The notes under the pieces: generated by a model
What the model was told of the DNA's origin: nothing
Seen by the model: the letters and a program-made list of their open reading frames with translations, nothing else
Database searches by the model: none
Assembly (NCBI GenBank): GCA_038087875.1
Contig: CM075988.1
Location: 4,960,001-5,024,000, forward strand
Reading direction: 5' to 3'
DNA: 64,000 nucleotides
Origin: Malacoraja senta
Taxonomy: Eukaryota
Position numbers and translations under genes: made by a program
Shown here: in pieces, positions 38,060-49,740 of the stretch
How the letters are laid out: each line of letters starts with the position of its first letter
Position numbering within the stretch: position 1 is the stretch's first letter

Positions 38060-38656
38060 TTGCACTATTGACTCATTTTACACCTCACGCTGCCTCGGCA
38101 AGGCCAGCAGCATAATCAAGGATGAGTCACACCCTGGCCACTCCCTCTCCTCCCCCCTCCCATCGGGCAAAAGGTACAGAAGTGTGAAAACGCACACCTC
38201 CAGATTCAGGGACAGTTTCTTCCCAGCTGTTATCAAGCAACTGAATCACCCTACCACAACTAGAGAGCAGTGCTGAACTACTACTTTGGAGACCCTCGGA
38301 CTTTCCTTTGTTTAAGAAAGAACTGCAGATGCTGGAAAAATCTAAGGTAGACAACAATGCTGGAGAAACTCAGTGGGTGAGGCGGCATCTATGGAGCAAA
38401 GGGTCGAGACCCTTGGGTCACCTATTCCTTCGCTCCATAGATTCTGCCTCACCCGCTGAGTTTCTCCAGCATTTTTGTCTACCTCGGACTATCCTTGATT
38501 AGACTTTGCTGGCTTTACCTTGCACGAAACTTATTCCCTTATCATGTATCTGTAAATGGATAGATAGTAATCATGGATTGTCTTTCTGCTGTCTGTTTAG
38601 CAATGCAACAGAAGCTTTTCGCCGTACCTCAGTACACGTGACAATAAACTAAACTA
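38060..38656 (+). mobile_element. Rex1/Babar-like LINE 3' end, interrupted by a pLTR inverted pair (about 38309-38481)
   Basis: TSRCLGKASSIIKDESHPGH...LPSGKRYRSVKTHTSRFRDSFFPAVI; tail gtgacaataaactaaact; duplicated cctcggact. Confidence 0.82.
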
Positions 38657-39504
38657 TCGTGGGCCAAAGGTCCTGTTTCTGAGCTCTGCTATTCTATGTT
38701 CTCTGATCTATTAAAGCTAAGAGTGAACAAGATGAAAAGTATTGAGCAGCAAATTCGTTCACTGCCTGAAAAGCTACTTAGGATAAGTTTAAATTCCAAA
38801 TGGGAATTGGATATACCCTTAAAAAGAAATGTATTCTAGGCTGTAAGGAGTGGGTTGTCCAACATTTTCAAAGAAATGACACACTCAAGAGGCTTAATAG
38901 CCTTGTTCTGTGTAGTGCATTTCAATGGTTCGAGGGATTTGTAAAATCATATTTTTAATATTTCTTTAACATAAACAGATTTGTCCTTTCATTTGCTTCT
39001 GTCAGGTATGGATCTATGACAAAATGACAGTGACAGCTCTTTTAATGTTAATTTTACACTTGCCTTTGCTTTTAAATTCCCTCACCCCAGTTCTGAGAAG
39101 GCTCTACAGTCTGGGCCACTTCAACTGCAATCTTTCCAGCACTGACTTCGTTTTTAATGTATTTATTGCTATAAACTGTCGCTCTCTCATCTTTTATCAC
39201 CACCTGCCTCTTCCTCGTTGCAAATTCTTTGTTTCACTTCAAAAATAATGTTGCGAGGAACCAAGTGTTGCTGTTGCTTAAATATATGCTCTTCACCACT
39301 AGTATCTGGATCCAATCCAGGCTTAGGGGCATCAACAAAGACATTAGTTGGGATGGATTTCGAAAAGTGCTGGCTAGTTAATCGTGGGCGAAGATGAAAA
39401 GTGTTCCTGTTGGCCCCATCAGCAATTGTACTCAAGGTGCAAGCTAGCTGCTGTGTGAAGCGATGTGACTCTGGAGAATGCATAGTCCTTGCCAGAAACT
39501 AAGA

Positions 39505-39700
39505 GCTCAGCTTGGCTCAGTCGTGATACATCCACCTGAGGCAGACGATTACTGGCTCAAATCCCAAATCAGGAATAATAATGCAGCCCTACACGAGAGC
39601 CCAGTTCTGACCATGTGCTGCTCTAGCAGATGGTCTGTCGCCTGGATAAGCTATTAACTGAGGTTCAATCTGCCAGTCCACATGCAGTAAAACTGCGTTG
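39505..39700 (+). mobile_element. Highly diverged tRNA-headed SINE, possibly DeuSINE/SacSINE-like
   Basis: tggctcagtcg A-box-like and ggctcaaatccc B-box-like motifs, then ...ggataagctattaactgagg resembling the Deu-domain; recognised from memory only. Confidence 0.4.
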
Positions 39701-39951
39701 TCACTTTCAAAAAGTTTTTCCTGTCATCCGATATCCACCATTCACCATTCTTCTTCAATTACAGCATCACTTACACAACCTATCTCAAAGTTTGTCAAAT
39801 GCAGACTAACACTCATACCCATCCAGTCCAGAAGAAGGGTCGTGACCCAGACAAAGTCTGTGTTTAGTTCAGTTTATAGTTTCGAAAAACACCGACCAGC
39901 GATCACCTGTTCACAATAGTTCTATATGACACAATTTACAAAAGCCTGCAT

Positions 39952-42562
39952 GTTTAGTTTAGTTTAGTTTAGTTTAGAGATACAGCACGGAAACAGGCCC
40001 TTCGGTCCACCGGGTCCGCGCCGACCAGCGATCCCCGCAAATTAACACTATCCTACACACACTGGGGATAATTTTTAGATTTCAAAATGTTTATGTTTTC
40101 CAAGCCAATTTACCTACATACCCCGTACGTCTTTGGAGTGTGGGAGGAAACCGAAGATCCCGGAGAAAACTCACGCAGGTCACGGGGAGAACGTACAAAC
40201 TCCGTACACCCATAGTCGGGATCGAACCCAGGTCTCCGGCACTGCAAGCACAGTAAGGAAGCAACTCTACCGCTGTGCCACCATTTAGTTTAGAGATACA
40301 GCATGGAAACAGGTCCTTCAGCCCAACAAATTTACACTGGCCAGCAATCACCCATTCATACTACTTTTATCCTGCACACTAGGGACAATTTACAGAAGCC
40401 GAATAACCTACAAACCTGCATGTTTAGTTTAGTATAGTTTAGTTCAGTTTAGTTCAGTTTAGTTTAGTTCAGTTTAGAGAAACAGCATGGAAATAGGCCC
40501 AAGATAGACTAAATAATCTGGAGTTAGATAGAGCTCTTAGGGCTAGCAGAATCAAGGGGTATGGGGAGAAGGCAGGAACGGGGTACTGATTGTGGATGAT
40601 CAGCCATGATCACATTGAATGGCGTTGCTGACTCGAAGGGCCGAATGGCCTACTCCTGCACCTATTGTCTATGTATCTATCTAATTCAGCGGGACAGGCA
40701 GTATCTCTGGAGAGAAGGAATGGGTGACATTTCGAGTTGAGACTCTTCTTCTGAAGAAGGGGTCTCGACCCGAATCGTCACCTATTCCTTCTCTCCAGAG
40801 ATGCTGCCGGTCCCGCTGAGTTACTCCTGCTTTTTGTGTCTCTCTTCGGTTTAAACCAGCATCTGCAGTTCCTTCTTACACATGGTATTGGCCCTTCAGT
40901 CCACTGAGTCTGCACCAACCAGCGATCTCCCATACAATTTACAGAAGCCAATTAACCTGCAAACCTGCGTGTCTTTGGAATGTGGGAGGAAACCAGAGCA
41001 CCTTGAGAAAACCCACATGTTTACAGGGAGAACATATAAACTCCACACAGACAGCACCCGCAGTCAGGATTGAACTCAGGACTCTGGCGCTGCAAGGCAG
41101 CAACTCTATCGCTGTGCCACTGTGCCACATCTTATGTGATGATCAGCTTCTTCCCAGCAACTATCAGGCTCTTAAACACTACACAACACTAACCACTAAT
41201 CAACTATGATCTTCCTTCAACTGTGTCTTTGGATATACTACGGAATTCAGTTTTGCACTGTTATAGCCTGATTATTATGGACTTATTTGCATTAGTAATT
41301 GTTGCAGCAAGAAAGAATTTCATTATTCCGTTGCTAACACATCATGCAATTAAACAGTCAACAAATTCAATCATCAAATTGGGGCAGAACAGTGGTGCAG
41401 CTGGTAGTGCGTGCTGCTGTCTCATTTCACAGTGCCAATAGACAATCGGTGCAGGAGTAGGCCATTCGGCCCTTCGAGCCAGTGTCATGGGTTTGATCCT
41501 GACCTCGTGTACTGTCCGTAAGGAGTTTGTAGGTTCTCCCTGTGACCGCATTGGTTTCCTTCGGTTTCCTCCCACATCCCAAAGATGTGCAGGTTTGTAG
41601 GTTAATTGGCCTCTGTATATTGCCCCGAGCGTGAAAGTGGGATAACATAGAACTTGTGTGTAGGACGGAACTGCAGATGCTGGTATAAACCGAAGACTGA
41701 CACAAAAAGCTGGAGTAACTCAGTGGGTCAGATAGCATCATTGGAGAAAATGAAGAGGTGATGATTGGGGTCGAGACCCTTCTTCAGATAAGTGTGAATG
41801 AGTGATTAATGGTCGGTGTGGACTTGGTGGGCTGAAGGGCATGTTTCCATTCTGTATCTCTAAAAATCCTAACACTCTTGACTCTCTTGTCTATTTCACC
41901 CTACAGATGCTGCTTGACATGTTGAGTTTCTCCAACAGATTGTTTGAAGCTCCAGATTCCAGCATCTGCAGTATATTGTGCAACCACTTATTTCCATCCA
42001 CACAGTATTGGTCAGTGCTGTCCATAGGTGACTTACTAGATGTGGATCGTCCTGGGCCAAAAGGGGGCGAACCGTGCTTCTTGTTCACTAACCCAGCTAA
42101 ATGGAGGCTCAAGGATGAGCAGATGCTGGAATCTTGGACAAAGCACAAAGCGTTGGAGGAACTCAACAGGTCAGGCAGCATCAATGGAGGGAATGGACAA
42201 GTGACATTTCAGTTCAGGACCCTTGTTCAGACTTTTCAGGACTTTTATGAAACATTTTCTGTCCATTTCCTCTGTAGATGAGAGTTACTGCCTCACAGCG
42301 CCAGAGACCCCAGTTCGATCCTGACTACGGGTGCTATCTATGCGGAGTATGTAAGTTCTCCCCGTGACATATGTGGATTTTCTCCGGGTTTCCTCCCTCA
42401 CTCCAAAGACGTACAGGTCTGTAGATTAATTGCCATTTGTAAAAATTGTAAATTGTCCCTAGTATGTAGGATAGTGCGAATATAAGTGCGACTGGTCGGC
42501 GCGGACTCGGTGGGCCGAATGGCCTGTTTCCCCGCCGTATCTCTAAATTAAACTAAACTAAT
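39952..42562. mobile_element. Dense nest of V-SINEs (39952-40282 -, 40885-41128 -, 41382-41863 +, 42281-42562 +) with pLTR and CR1-tail inserts
   Basis: Repeated SINE, pLTR and CR1 3' consensus blocks. Confidence 0.8.
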
Positions 42563-43337
42563 CCAAAGACTTGCAGGTAGGTTAATTTGCAATCATAAAA
42601 TGATGCTAGTTTCACCTAGTAGGTGGTAGCAGAGTCTTAGGGAATTGACGGACTTGCGTGAAAGAATAGGTCACATGGAATTAGGTAGGTCTAGCACTGT
42701 TTGAAGCCCCCAACAATATTTCTTACCCGTGTTGTTTCCTAAACTCTGCTCTAACAAATCTGACTTTTCCTAAATGAAAAGATTGCAGGTGCTCTAAAAA
42801 CAGAAACTGATAGAAAAACTATCAGATTAGGCAGCACCTGTGGAAAGAGAAAGGGAGTTCATGTTTCAGGTCAACACATTGATGCAGTGGTAGAGTTGCT
42901 GCCTTACAGCGCCAGAGACTGGGTTCATAAGTTCATAAATCCATAAGTGATAGGAGCAGAATTAGGCCATTCGGCCCATCAAGTCTACTCCGCTATTCAA
43001 TCCTGTCTGATTTATCTTCCCCTCTCAACGCCATTCTCCTGCCTTCTCCCCGTAACAATCAAGAATCCTGACTACAGCTGCTGTCTGCACAGAGTTTGTA
43101 CATTCTCCCCATGACCGCATGGGTTTTCTCCGGGTGCTCCAGTTTCCTCCCACACTCCAACGATGGCAGGTTTGTAGGTTAACTGGCTTCTGTAAATTGT
43201 CCCTAGTGTAACCATATAACCATATAACCATAACAGCACGGAAACAGGCTGTCTCGGCCCTTCAAGTTTTTTTTTTTAAAATTTTTTTTTTAATTTTTTT
43301 TTTTTTTTTTTTTTTAAATTAAAATAAATACTTCCCC

Positions 43338-46282
43338 CTAGTGCCATCTACCTGCACTCAGACCATAACCCTCCATTCCTTTCCCGTCCATATACCCATC
43401 CAATCTAGTTTTAAAGGATAACATCGAACCTGCCTCCACCGCTTCCACTGGAAGCTCATTCCACACAGCTACCACTCTCTGAGTAAAGAAGTTCCCCCTA
43501 ATGTTCCCCCTAAACTTCTGTCCCTTAATTCTCAAGTCATGTCCCCTTGTTTGAATCTTCCCTACTCTCAATGGGAAAAGCTTATCCACGTCCACTCTGT
43601 CTAACCCGCTCATAATTTTAAAGACCTCTATCAAGTCCCCTCTTAACCTTCTGCGCTCCAAAGAATAAAGACCTAACTTGTTCAACCTTTCTCTGTAACT
43701 TAGTTGCTGAAACCCAGGCAACATTCTAGTAAATCTCCTCTGTACTCTCTCTATTTTGTTGACATCCTTCCTATAATTAGGCGACCAAAATTGTACTCCA
43801 TACTCCAGAATTGGCCTCACCAATGCCTTGTACAATTTTAACATTACATCTCAACTTCTATATTCAATGCTCTGATTTATAAAGGCCAGCACACCAAAAG
43901 CTTTCTTTACCACCCTATCTACATGAGATTCCACCTTCAGGGAACTATGCACAGTTATTCCTAGATCCCTCTGTTCAACTGCATTCCTCAATTCGCTACC
44001 ATTTACCGTGTACGTCCTATTTTGATTTGTCCTGCCGAGATGTAGCACCTCACATTTGTCAGCATTAAACTCCATCTGCCATCTTTCAGCCCACTCTTCC
44101 AAATGGCCTAAATCTCTCTGTAGACTTTGAAAATCTACTTCATTATCCACAACACCACCTATCTTAGTATCATCTGCATACTTACTAATCCAATTTTCCA
44201 CACCTTCATCCAGATCATTGATGTACATGACAAACAACAGTGGACCCAACACAGACCCCTGAGACACCCCACTAGTCACCGGCCTCCAACCTGACAAACA
44301 GCCATCCACCATTACTCTCTGGCATCTCCCATTCAGCCACTGTTGAATCCATCTTGCTACTCCACCATTAATACCCAACAATTGAATCTTCTTAACCAAC
44401 CTTCCATGAGGAACCTTGTCAAAGGCCTTACTGAAGTCCATATAAACAACATCCACTGCTTTACCCTCATCAATTTCCCTAGTAACATCTTCGAAAAATT
44501 CAAGAAGATTAGTCAAGCATGACCTTCCAGGCACAAATCCATGTTGACTGTTCCTAATCAGACCCTGCTTATCCAGATGCTTATATATATTATCTTTAAG
44601 TATCCTTTCCATTAATTTGCCCACCACTGACGTCAAATTAACAGGTCTATAATTGCTAGGTTTACTCTTCGAATCCTTTTTAAACAACGGAACAACATGC
44701 GCAGTACGCCAATCCTCCGGCACTATTCCCGTTTCTAATGACATTTGAAATATTTCTGTCATAGCCCCTGCTATTTCTACACTAACTTCCCTCAATGTCC
44801 TAGGGAATATCCTGTCAGGACCTGGAGACTTATCCGTTTCATATTTTTCAAAAGTGTCCGCACCTCCTCTTCTTTGAATCTCACAGTTTCCATTGCTACT
44901 CTGCTCGTTTCCCTTACCTCACATAATTCCATGTCCTTCTCCTTCGTGAATACCGAAGAAAAGAAATTGTTCAATATCTCCCCCATCTCTTTTGGCTCTG
45001 CAGATAGCTGTCCACTCTGACTCTCTAATGGACCGATTTTATTCCTTGTTATCCTTTTGCTATTAATATAGCTGTAGAAACCCTTTGGATTTACTTTCAC
45101 CTTACTTGCCAAAGCAACCTCATATCTTCTTTTAGCTTTTCTAATTTCTTTCTTAATATTCTTTTTACATTCTTTATACTCCTCAAGCACCTCATTTACT
45201 CCATGCTGCCTATAATTATTGTAGATCTCTCTCTTTTTCCGAACCAAGTGTCCAATTTCCCTTGAAAACCATGGCTCTTTCCATTTTTTACTATTTCCTT
45301 TCAACCGAACAGGGACATAAAGATTCTGTACTCTTAAAATTTCACCCTTAAATGTCCTCCATTTTTCTTCTACATCCTTCCCATAAAACAACATGTCCCA
45401 ATTCACTCCTTTTAAATCCTTTTGCATCTCCTCGAAGTTAGCCTTTCTCCAAACAAAAATCTCAACCCCAGGTCCAGTTCTGACCCTCTCCATAATTATA
45501 TTGAAACTAATGGTATTGTGATCACTGGACCCGAAGTGCTCCCCGACGCATACCTCCGCCACCTGCCCTGTCTCATTTCCTAACAGGAGGTCCAGCACTG
45601 CCCCTTCTCTAGTAGGTACCTCTATGTATTGCTGCAAAAAACTATCTTGCACACATTTTACAAACTCCAAACCATCCAGCCCTTTTACAGAATGTGTTTC
45701 CCAGTCTATGTGTTGAAAATTGAAATCTCCCACAATCACTACCTTGTGCTTACTACTAATATCTGCTATCTCCTTACATATTTGCTCTTCCAATTCTCGC
45801 TCCCCATTTGGCGGTCTATAATACACCCCTATAAGTGTTGCTACACCTTTCCCATTTCTCAGTTCCACCCAAATAGCCTCCCTAGACGAGCCCTCTAATC
45901 TATCCTGCCAAAGCACTGCTGTAATATCTTCCTTGACAAGCAATGCAACACCCCCACCTCTTGCCCCTCCAATTCTATCACCCCTGAAGCAACGAAATCC
46001 TGGAATATTTATTTGCCAATCACAGCCCTCCTGCAACCATGTTTCACTGATCGCCACAACATCATACTTCCAGGTGTCAATCCAGGCTCTAAGCTCATCC
46101 ACCTTTCTTACAATGCTCCTAGCATTAAAATATACACATTTAAGAAACCCACCACCACTTATTCTCTGTTTATTATCTTTTTCTTCTTTCTCCCCTACAT
46201 TTTGGGTCCGAGTGCTTCCCTTCTCTGCCTCCTGCCTCCCACATTTTCCACTAGCTTTCTCTATTTGAGTCCCTCCCCCCAA
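43338..46282 (-). pseudogene. CR1 ORF2 (APE endonuclease + RT) with a frameshift near 44837 and a stop at 43851
   Basis: YFNARSI, ISETWL, YYRPP, GDFN, LDLLL, SDH; NYRPVNLTS, QHGF, MDFSKAFDKVPH, QGSVLGP, YADDTK. Confidence 0.95.
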
Positions 46283-46287
46283 CCGTT

Positions 46288-46580
46288 CTAGTTTAAAGTC
46301 TCCCCAGTAGCCTTTGCAAATCTCCCCTCCAGGATATTGGTCCCCCTCGGGTTCAAGTGCAACCCGTCCTTTCTGTACAGGTCACTCCTTCCCCAAAAGA
46401 AATCCCAATGATCCAGAAATTTGAATCCCTGCCCGCTGCACCAGTTCCTCAGCCACGCATTTATCCTCCACCTCACTCCATTCCTACTCTCACCGTCACG
46501 TGGCACAGGTAGTAATCCTGAGATTGTTACCTTTGTAGACCTTCTCCTTAACTCTCCTCCCAACTCCCTAAATTCTCCTT
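46288..46580 (-). pseudogene. CR1 ORF1 C-terminal SGNH/esterase-like domain fragment
   Basis: VTISGLLPVPR...NAWLRNWC..GFKFLDHW...DGLHLN (DxxH block). Confidence 0.85.
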
Positions 46581-46764
46581 TCTTCTCTTTTTCTGTGTGT
46601 AGGATAGAACTTGTGTACGGGTGGACGTGGACTCGGTGGGCCGAAGGGCCTGTTTCCGCGCTGCATCTCTAAACTACACTAAGAACATGAAATCCATCCT
46701 CCAAGTTGCCTCTAACCATCAATTTCTTGACTGTTCCTCCTGTTTTACAATTAGTCTATCTCTG

Positions 46765-47005
46765 CTTCCTTTTCTTGCGAATGAAATGTAAATAAACCAA
46801 AGGAATAGTTAGATCTCAACCGGGTGTTGAGCAGTCAGGTTGTTGTCTCTGCGTCAATGTCTGCCAGGTCTTGAGCTCCATTTGGTGGGTGGTAGAGCGG
46901 GCACCCAGAGATGACATGGTTGGCTGTCCGTTGTTCTGCTCCGCATTCACAGGCTGGGCTCTTCTCTTCCGAAACTCAACCACATTAGATGAATTCTGAA
47001 ACGTA
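46765..47005 (-). mobile_element. Vingi/Ingi-like (I group) LINE 3' end
   Basis: Minus-strand frame reads SPACECGAEQRTANHVISGCPLYHPPNG...*LLN (CCHC motif), then cattcgcaagaa tail. Confidence 0.65.
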
Positions 47006-47459
47006 ATCATTTTGGAATCATGTCTCCCTAATGCTACCAGATAAAATATAAGCAGTCGATTGTGGCTGCTCCAGCATTCAATGAGATTCTGGCTGATCTT
47101 TTCCCTCAGTGCCAGTTTCTGCACTCACTCTAATGCTCCTGATCTCTTTTAACATCAACAAGTCGAATAAATCTGGTCTTGAATTTACTCATTTATATCT
47201 GTTGGCTTGTTCATTATCTTCAGTTCTGCTTTCTTTCGATTTATTTTCTCTGTTTAGCCCTTAATTTGAGGTTTAATTGAAGACAGGATGCCTTGTCCTT
47301 TACTGTCACACTTGAACCATCGTTGCCCATTCACTACCCAGCAATAACACCTTGCCTTATCTCTTTAATGTTCTAAATATCCTCTTACCAACATCCCATC
47401 TCACATTAACATGGTTATTTAACTTAAAGTTGTCGACAAACCTAGCTAATAAAAGCAGA

Positions 47460-47815
47460 ACATTCTAAAGGACGAAAGAATGGGGATCTGGAAATTAAAA
47501 GTTATCGAAATGTTGAAGAGCATGTGAGATGTCTTGGATGTAGATTGGAAAGGACTGGACAAGTGCTGGGGTGGGGACACACTCATGATGGAGTCAAGGT
47601 TTCTGGAGGTGAGATCGGTGGTGCAGAAACAAGTAGGAACCATGGTTCTACCAGGGCAGTCGTGGTTGTGGATTTCGGGAAGGAGATAAAAATGGGCAAC
47701 GATAAGGTTGGAGGTTATGAAGGAGAGACTATCAGAGGTGATGCGATCGTTGATGTTCTGGGAGACGTTGGCCTGATGTTCGTCTGGGGGGGGGTCATGG
47801 TCAAAGGTTAGGTCT
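47460..47815 (-). mobile_element. Degraded Penelope RT N-terminal fragment
   Basis: FYLLPEIHNHDCPGRTMV resembles the PLE FYLLPKIHK..PGRPIV motif. Confidence 0.75.
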
Positions 47816-47854
47816 ACTGAAGTCTGAACAAGGGTCTCGACCCGAAACATCACG

Positions 47855-48095
47855 TGTGGCGCCATCTTGTGATCACGCGACTTGTCTCTCGAACCTTCGA
47901 TGGTCGGGCTCGAACTCTCACCTGGACCGGGCGTGATCTGGGCCGACCAATCACGCGGTCAGGGGGCGCGGGCCGTTAGGCAGTTCGAATTCAAAAGATT
48001 TGGCAGTTGGAGTTGAACGTGTTTGCGCGTGTGAGCGACAGGGCTGTCTTGTTTAATTATTAAACAGAGTGTTTACCAACGTGTGGACCTCTACA
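47855..48095 (+). mobile_element. CpG-rich 241-bp insert, possible solo LTR
   Basis: TG...CA ends, CCAAT, GCCATCTT (YY1-like), ATTAAA near the 3' end; splits a pLTR unit; no clean TSD. Confidence 0.45.
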
Positions 48096-48119
48096 TCCTA
48101 TTCCTTTTCTCCAGTGACG

Positions 48120-49528
48120 CTTCTCTCCGCGCATTCCACTCTCTAGGCCCTCACCCCCTCATCTTCACCATGGACGTCCAGTCACTGTACACCTCCATCC
48201 CCCACCAGGATGGTCTCAAAGCCCTCCGTTTTTTCCTCGACCGTAGAAGCAATCTATACCCGGCCACTGACACCCTCCTCCGCCTAGCGGAGCTGGTACT
48301 TACACTTAATAACTTTTCATTTGACTCCTCCCATTTCCTCCAAATACAAGGCGTAGCTATGGGCACACGCATGGGCCCCAGCTACGCCTGCCTCTTTGTC
48401 GGGTACGTAGAACAATCCTTGTTCAATGCGTACCAGGGCCCCATCCCCGACCTCTACCTCCGCTACATCGATGATTGTTTTGGTGCCACATCCTGCACCC
48501 ACACACAACTGACTGACTTCATCCGCTTCACCACCAACTTCCATCCGGCACTCAAATACACCTGGACCATTTCCGACACTTTCCTACCATTCCTTGACCT
48601 CACTATCTCCATCGCAGGTGATAGACTCCTTACCGACATCCACTACAAACCTACCGACTCCCATGGCTATCTGGACTACACTTCTTCCCACCCTGCTTCC
48701 TGTAAGGACTCCATCCCCCACTCCCAATTCCTCCGTCTACGCCGCATCTGCTCCCAGGATGAGGCGTTCCACACCAGGGCATCTGAAATGTCCTCATTCT
48801 TCAGGGAACGGGGGTTCCCCTCCTCCACCATAGATGAGGCTCGCACCAGGGTCTCTGCCATACCCCGCAACACTGCTCTCTCTCCCCATCCCCCCACTCA
48901 CAACAAAGGCAGAGTCCCCCTAGTCCTCACCTTTCACCCCACCAGCCGTCACATACAACAAGTGATCCTCCGTCAGTTTCGCCACCTCCAACGTGACCCC
49001 ACCACTCGCCACATCTTCCCATCTCCCCCTATGTCTGCCTTCCGCAAAGACCGCTCCCTCCGTAACTCCCTTGTCAATTCTTCCCTTCCCTCCCGCTCCA
49101 CCCCTTCCCCGGGCACTTTCCCTTGCAACCGCAAGAGATGCAACACTTGTCCCTTCACTTCCCCCCTCCACTCCATTCAAGGACCCAAGCAGTCGTTCCA
49201 GGTGCGACAGAGGTTCACCTGCATCTCCTCCAACCTCATCTATTGCATTCGCTGCTCTAGATGCCAGCTGATCTACATCGGTGAGACCAAGCGGAGGCTT
49301 GGCGATCGTTTCGCCGAACACCTCCGGTCGGTCCGCAATAACCAACCTGAACTCCCGGTGGCTCAGCACTTCAACTCCCCCTCCCATTCCGTATCTGACC
49401 TCTCTGTCCTGGGTCTCCTCCATGGCCACAGCGAGCAACACCGTAAATTGGAGGAAATGCACCTCATATTCCGCTTGGGCAGTCTACATCCTGGTGGCCT
49501 GAACGTTGAATTCACCCAATTCTGCTAG
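48120..49528 (+). CDS. Penelope-like element ORF, 5'-truncated: reverse transcriptase + GIY-YIG endonuclease
   Basis: TMDVQSLYTSIP, GVAMGT, YLRYIDD, LPFLDL, YKPT; CNRKRCNTC linker; NLIYCIRC...IYIGETKR.L..RF.EH; no internal stops. Confidence 0.93.
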
Positions 49529-49740
49529 CCCTGGCTGTCCCCTCCCCTTCATCAGCCATCTGGTTGTCTCCTCCCCTCCCCCAGCCCTCGGGCTCCTCCT
49601 CCGCCTTTTCCTTTTTTCCTTTCTTCTCCCCACCCCCTATCAGTCTGAAGAAGGGTTTCGGCCCGAAACGTTACCTATTTCCTTCGCTCCATAGATGCTG
49701 CTGCACCCGCTGAGTTTCTCCAGCATTTTTGTGTACCTAC
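49529..49740 (+). mobile_element. Penelope 3' UTR/pLTR with hammerhead motif (49642-49676)
   Basis: agtCTGAAGAaGGGTttcgGCCCGAAACGTTacc directly downstream of the ORF. Confidence 0.85.

Larger units (their letters stand above)
43209..46580 (-). mobile_element. Near full-length CR1 LINE (3' part of ORF1, all of ORF2, 3' UTR) inserted in a V-SINE
   Basis: SINE breaks at ...tgtccctagtgt (43208) and resumes at gtgtaggatag (about 46597); (ttatatgg)n tail on the minus strand. Confidence 0.95.

Noticed and set aside
38990..39250. Polypyrimidine tract + AG followed by a 74-aa ORF
   Set aside because: No protein similarity I can recognise and no supporting neighbouring exons.
46816..47124. 102-aa minus-strand ORF with an apparent splice acceptor (tttcag), possible host exon
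   Set aside because: Another frame of the same DNA gives a LINE CCHC C-terminus; no donor site or recognisable host domain.
48920..49462. Long antisense ORFs over the Penelope, Tx1 and CR1 coding regions
   Set aside because: Expected shadows of biased-composition coding strands.
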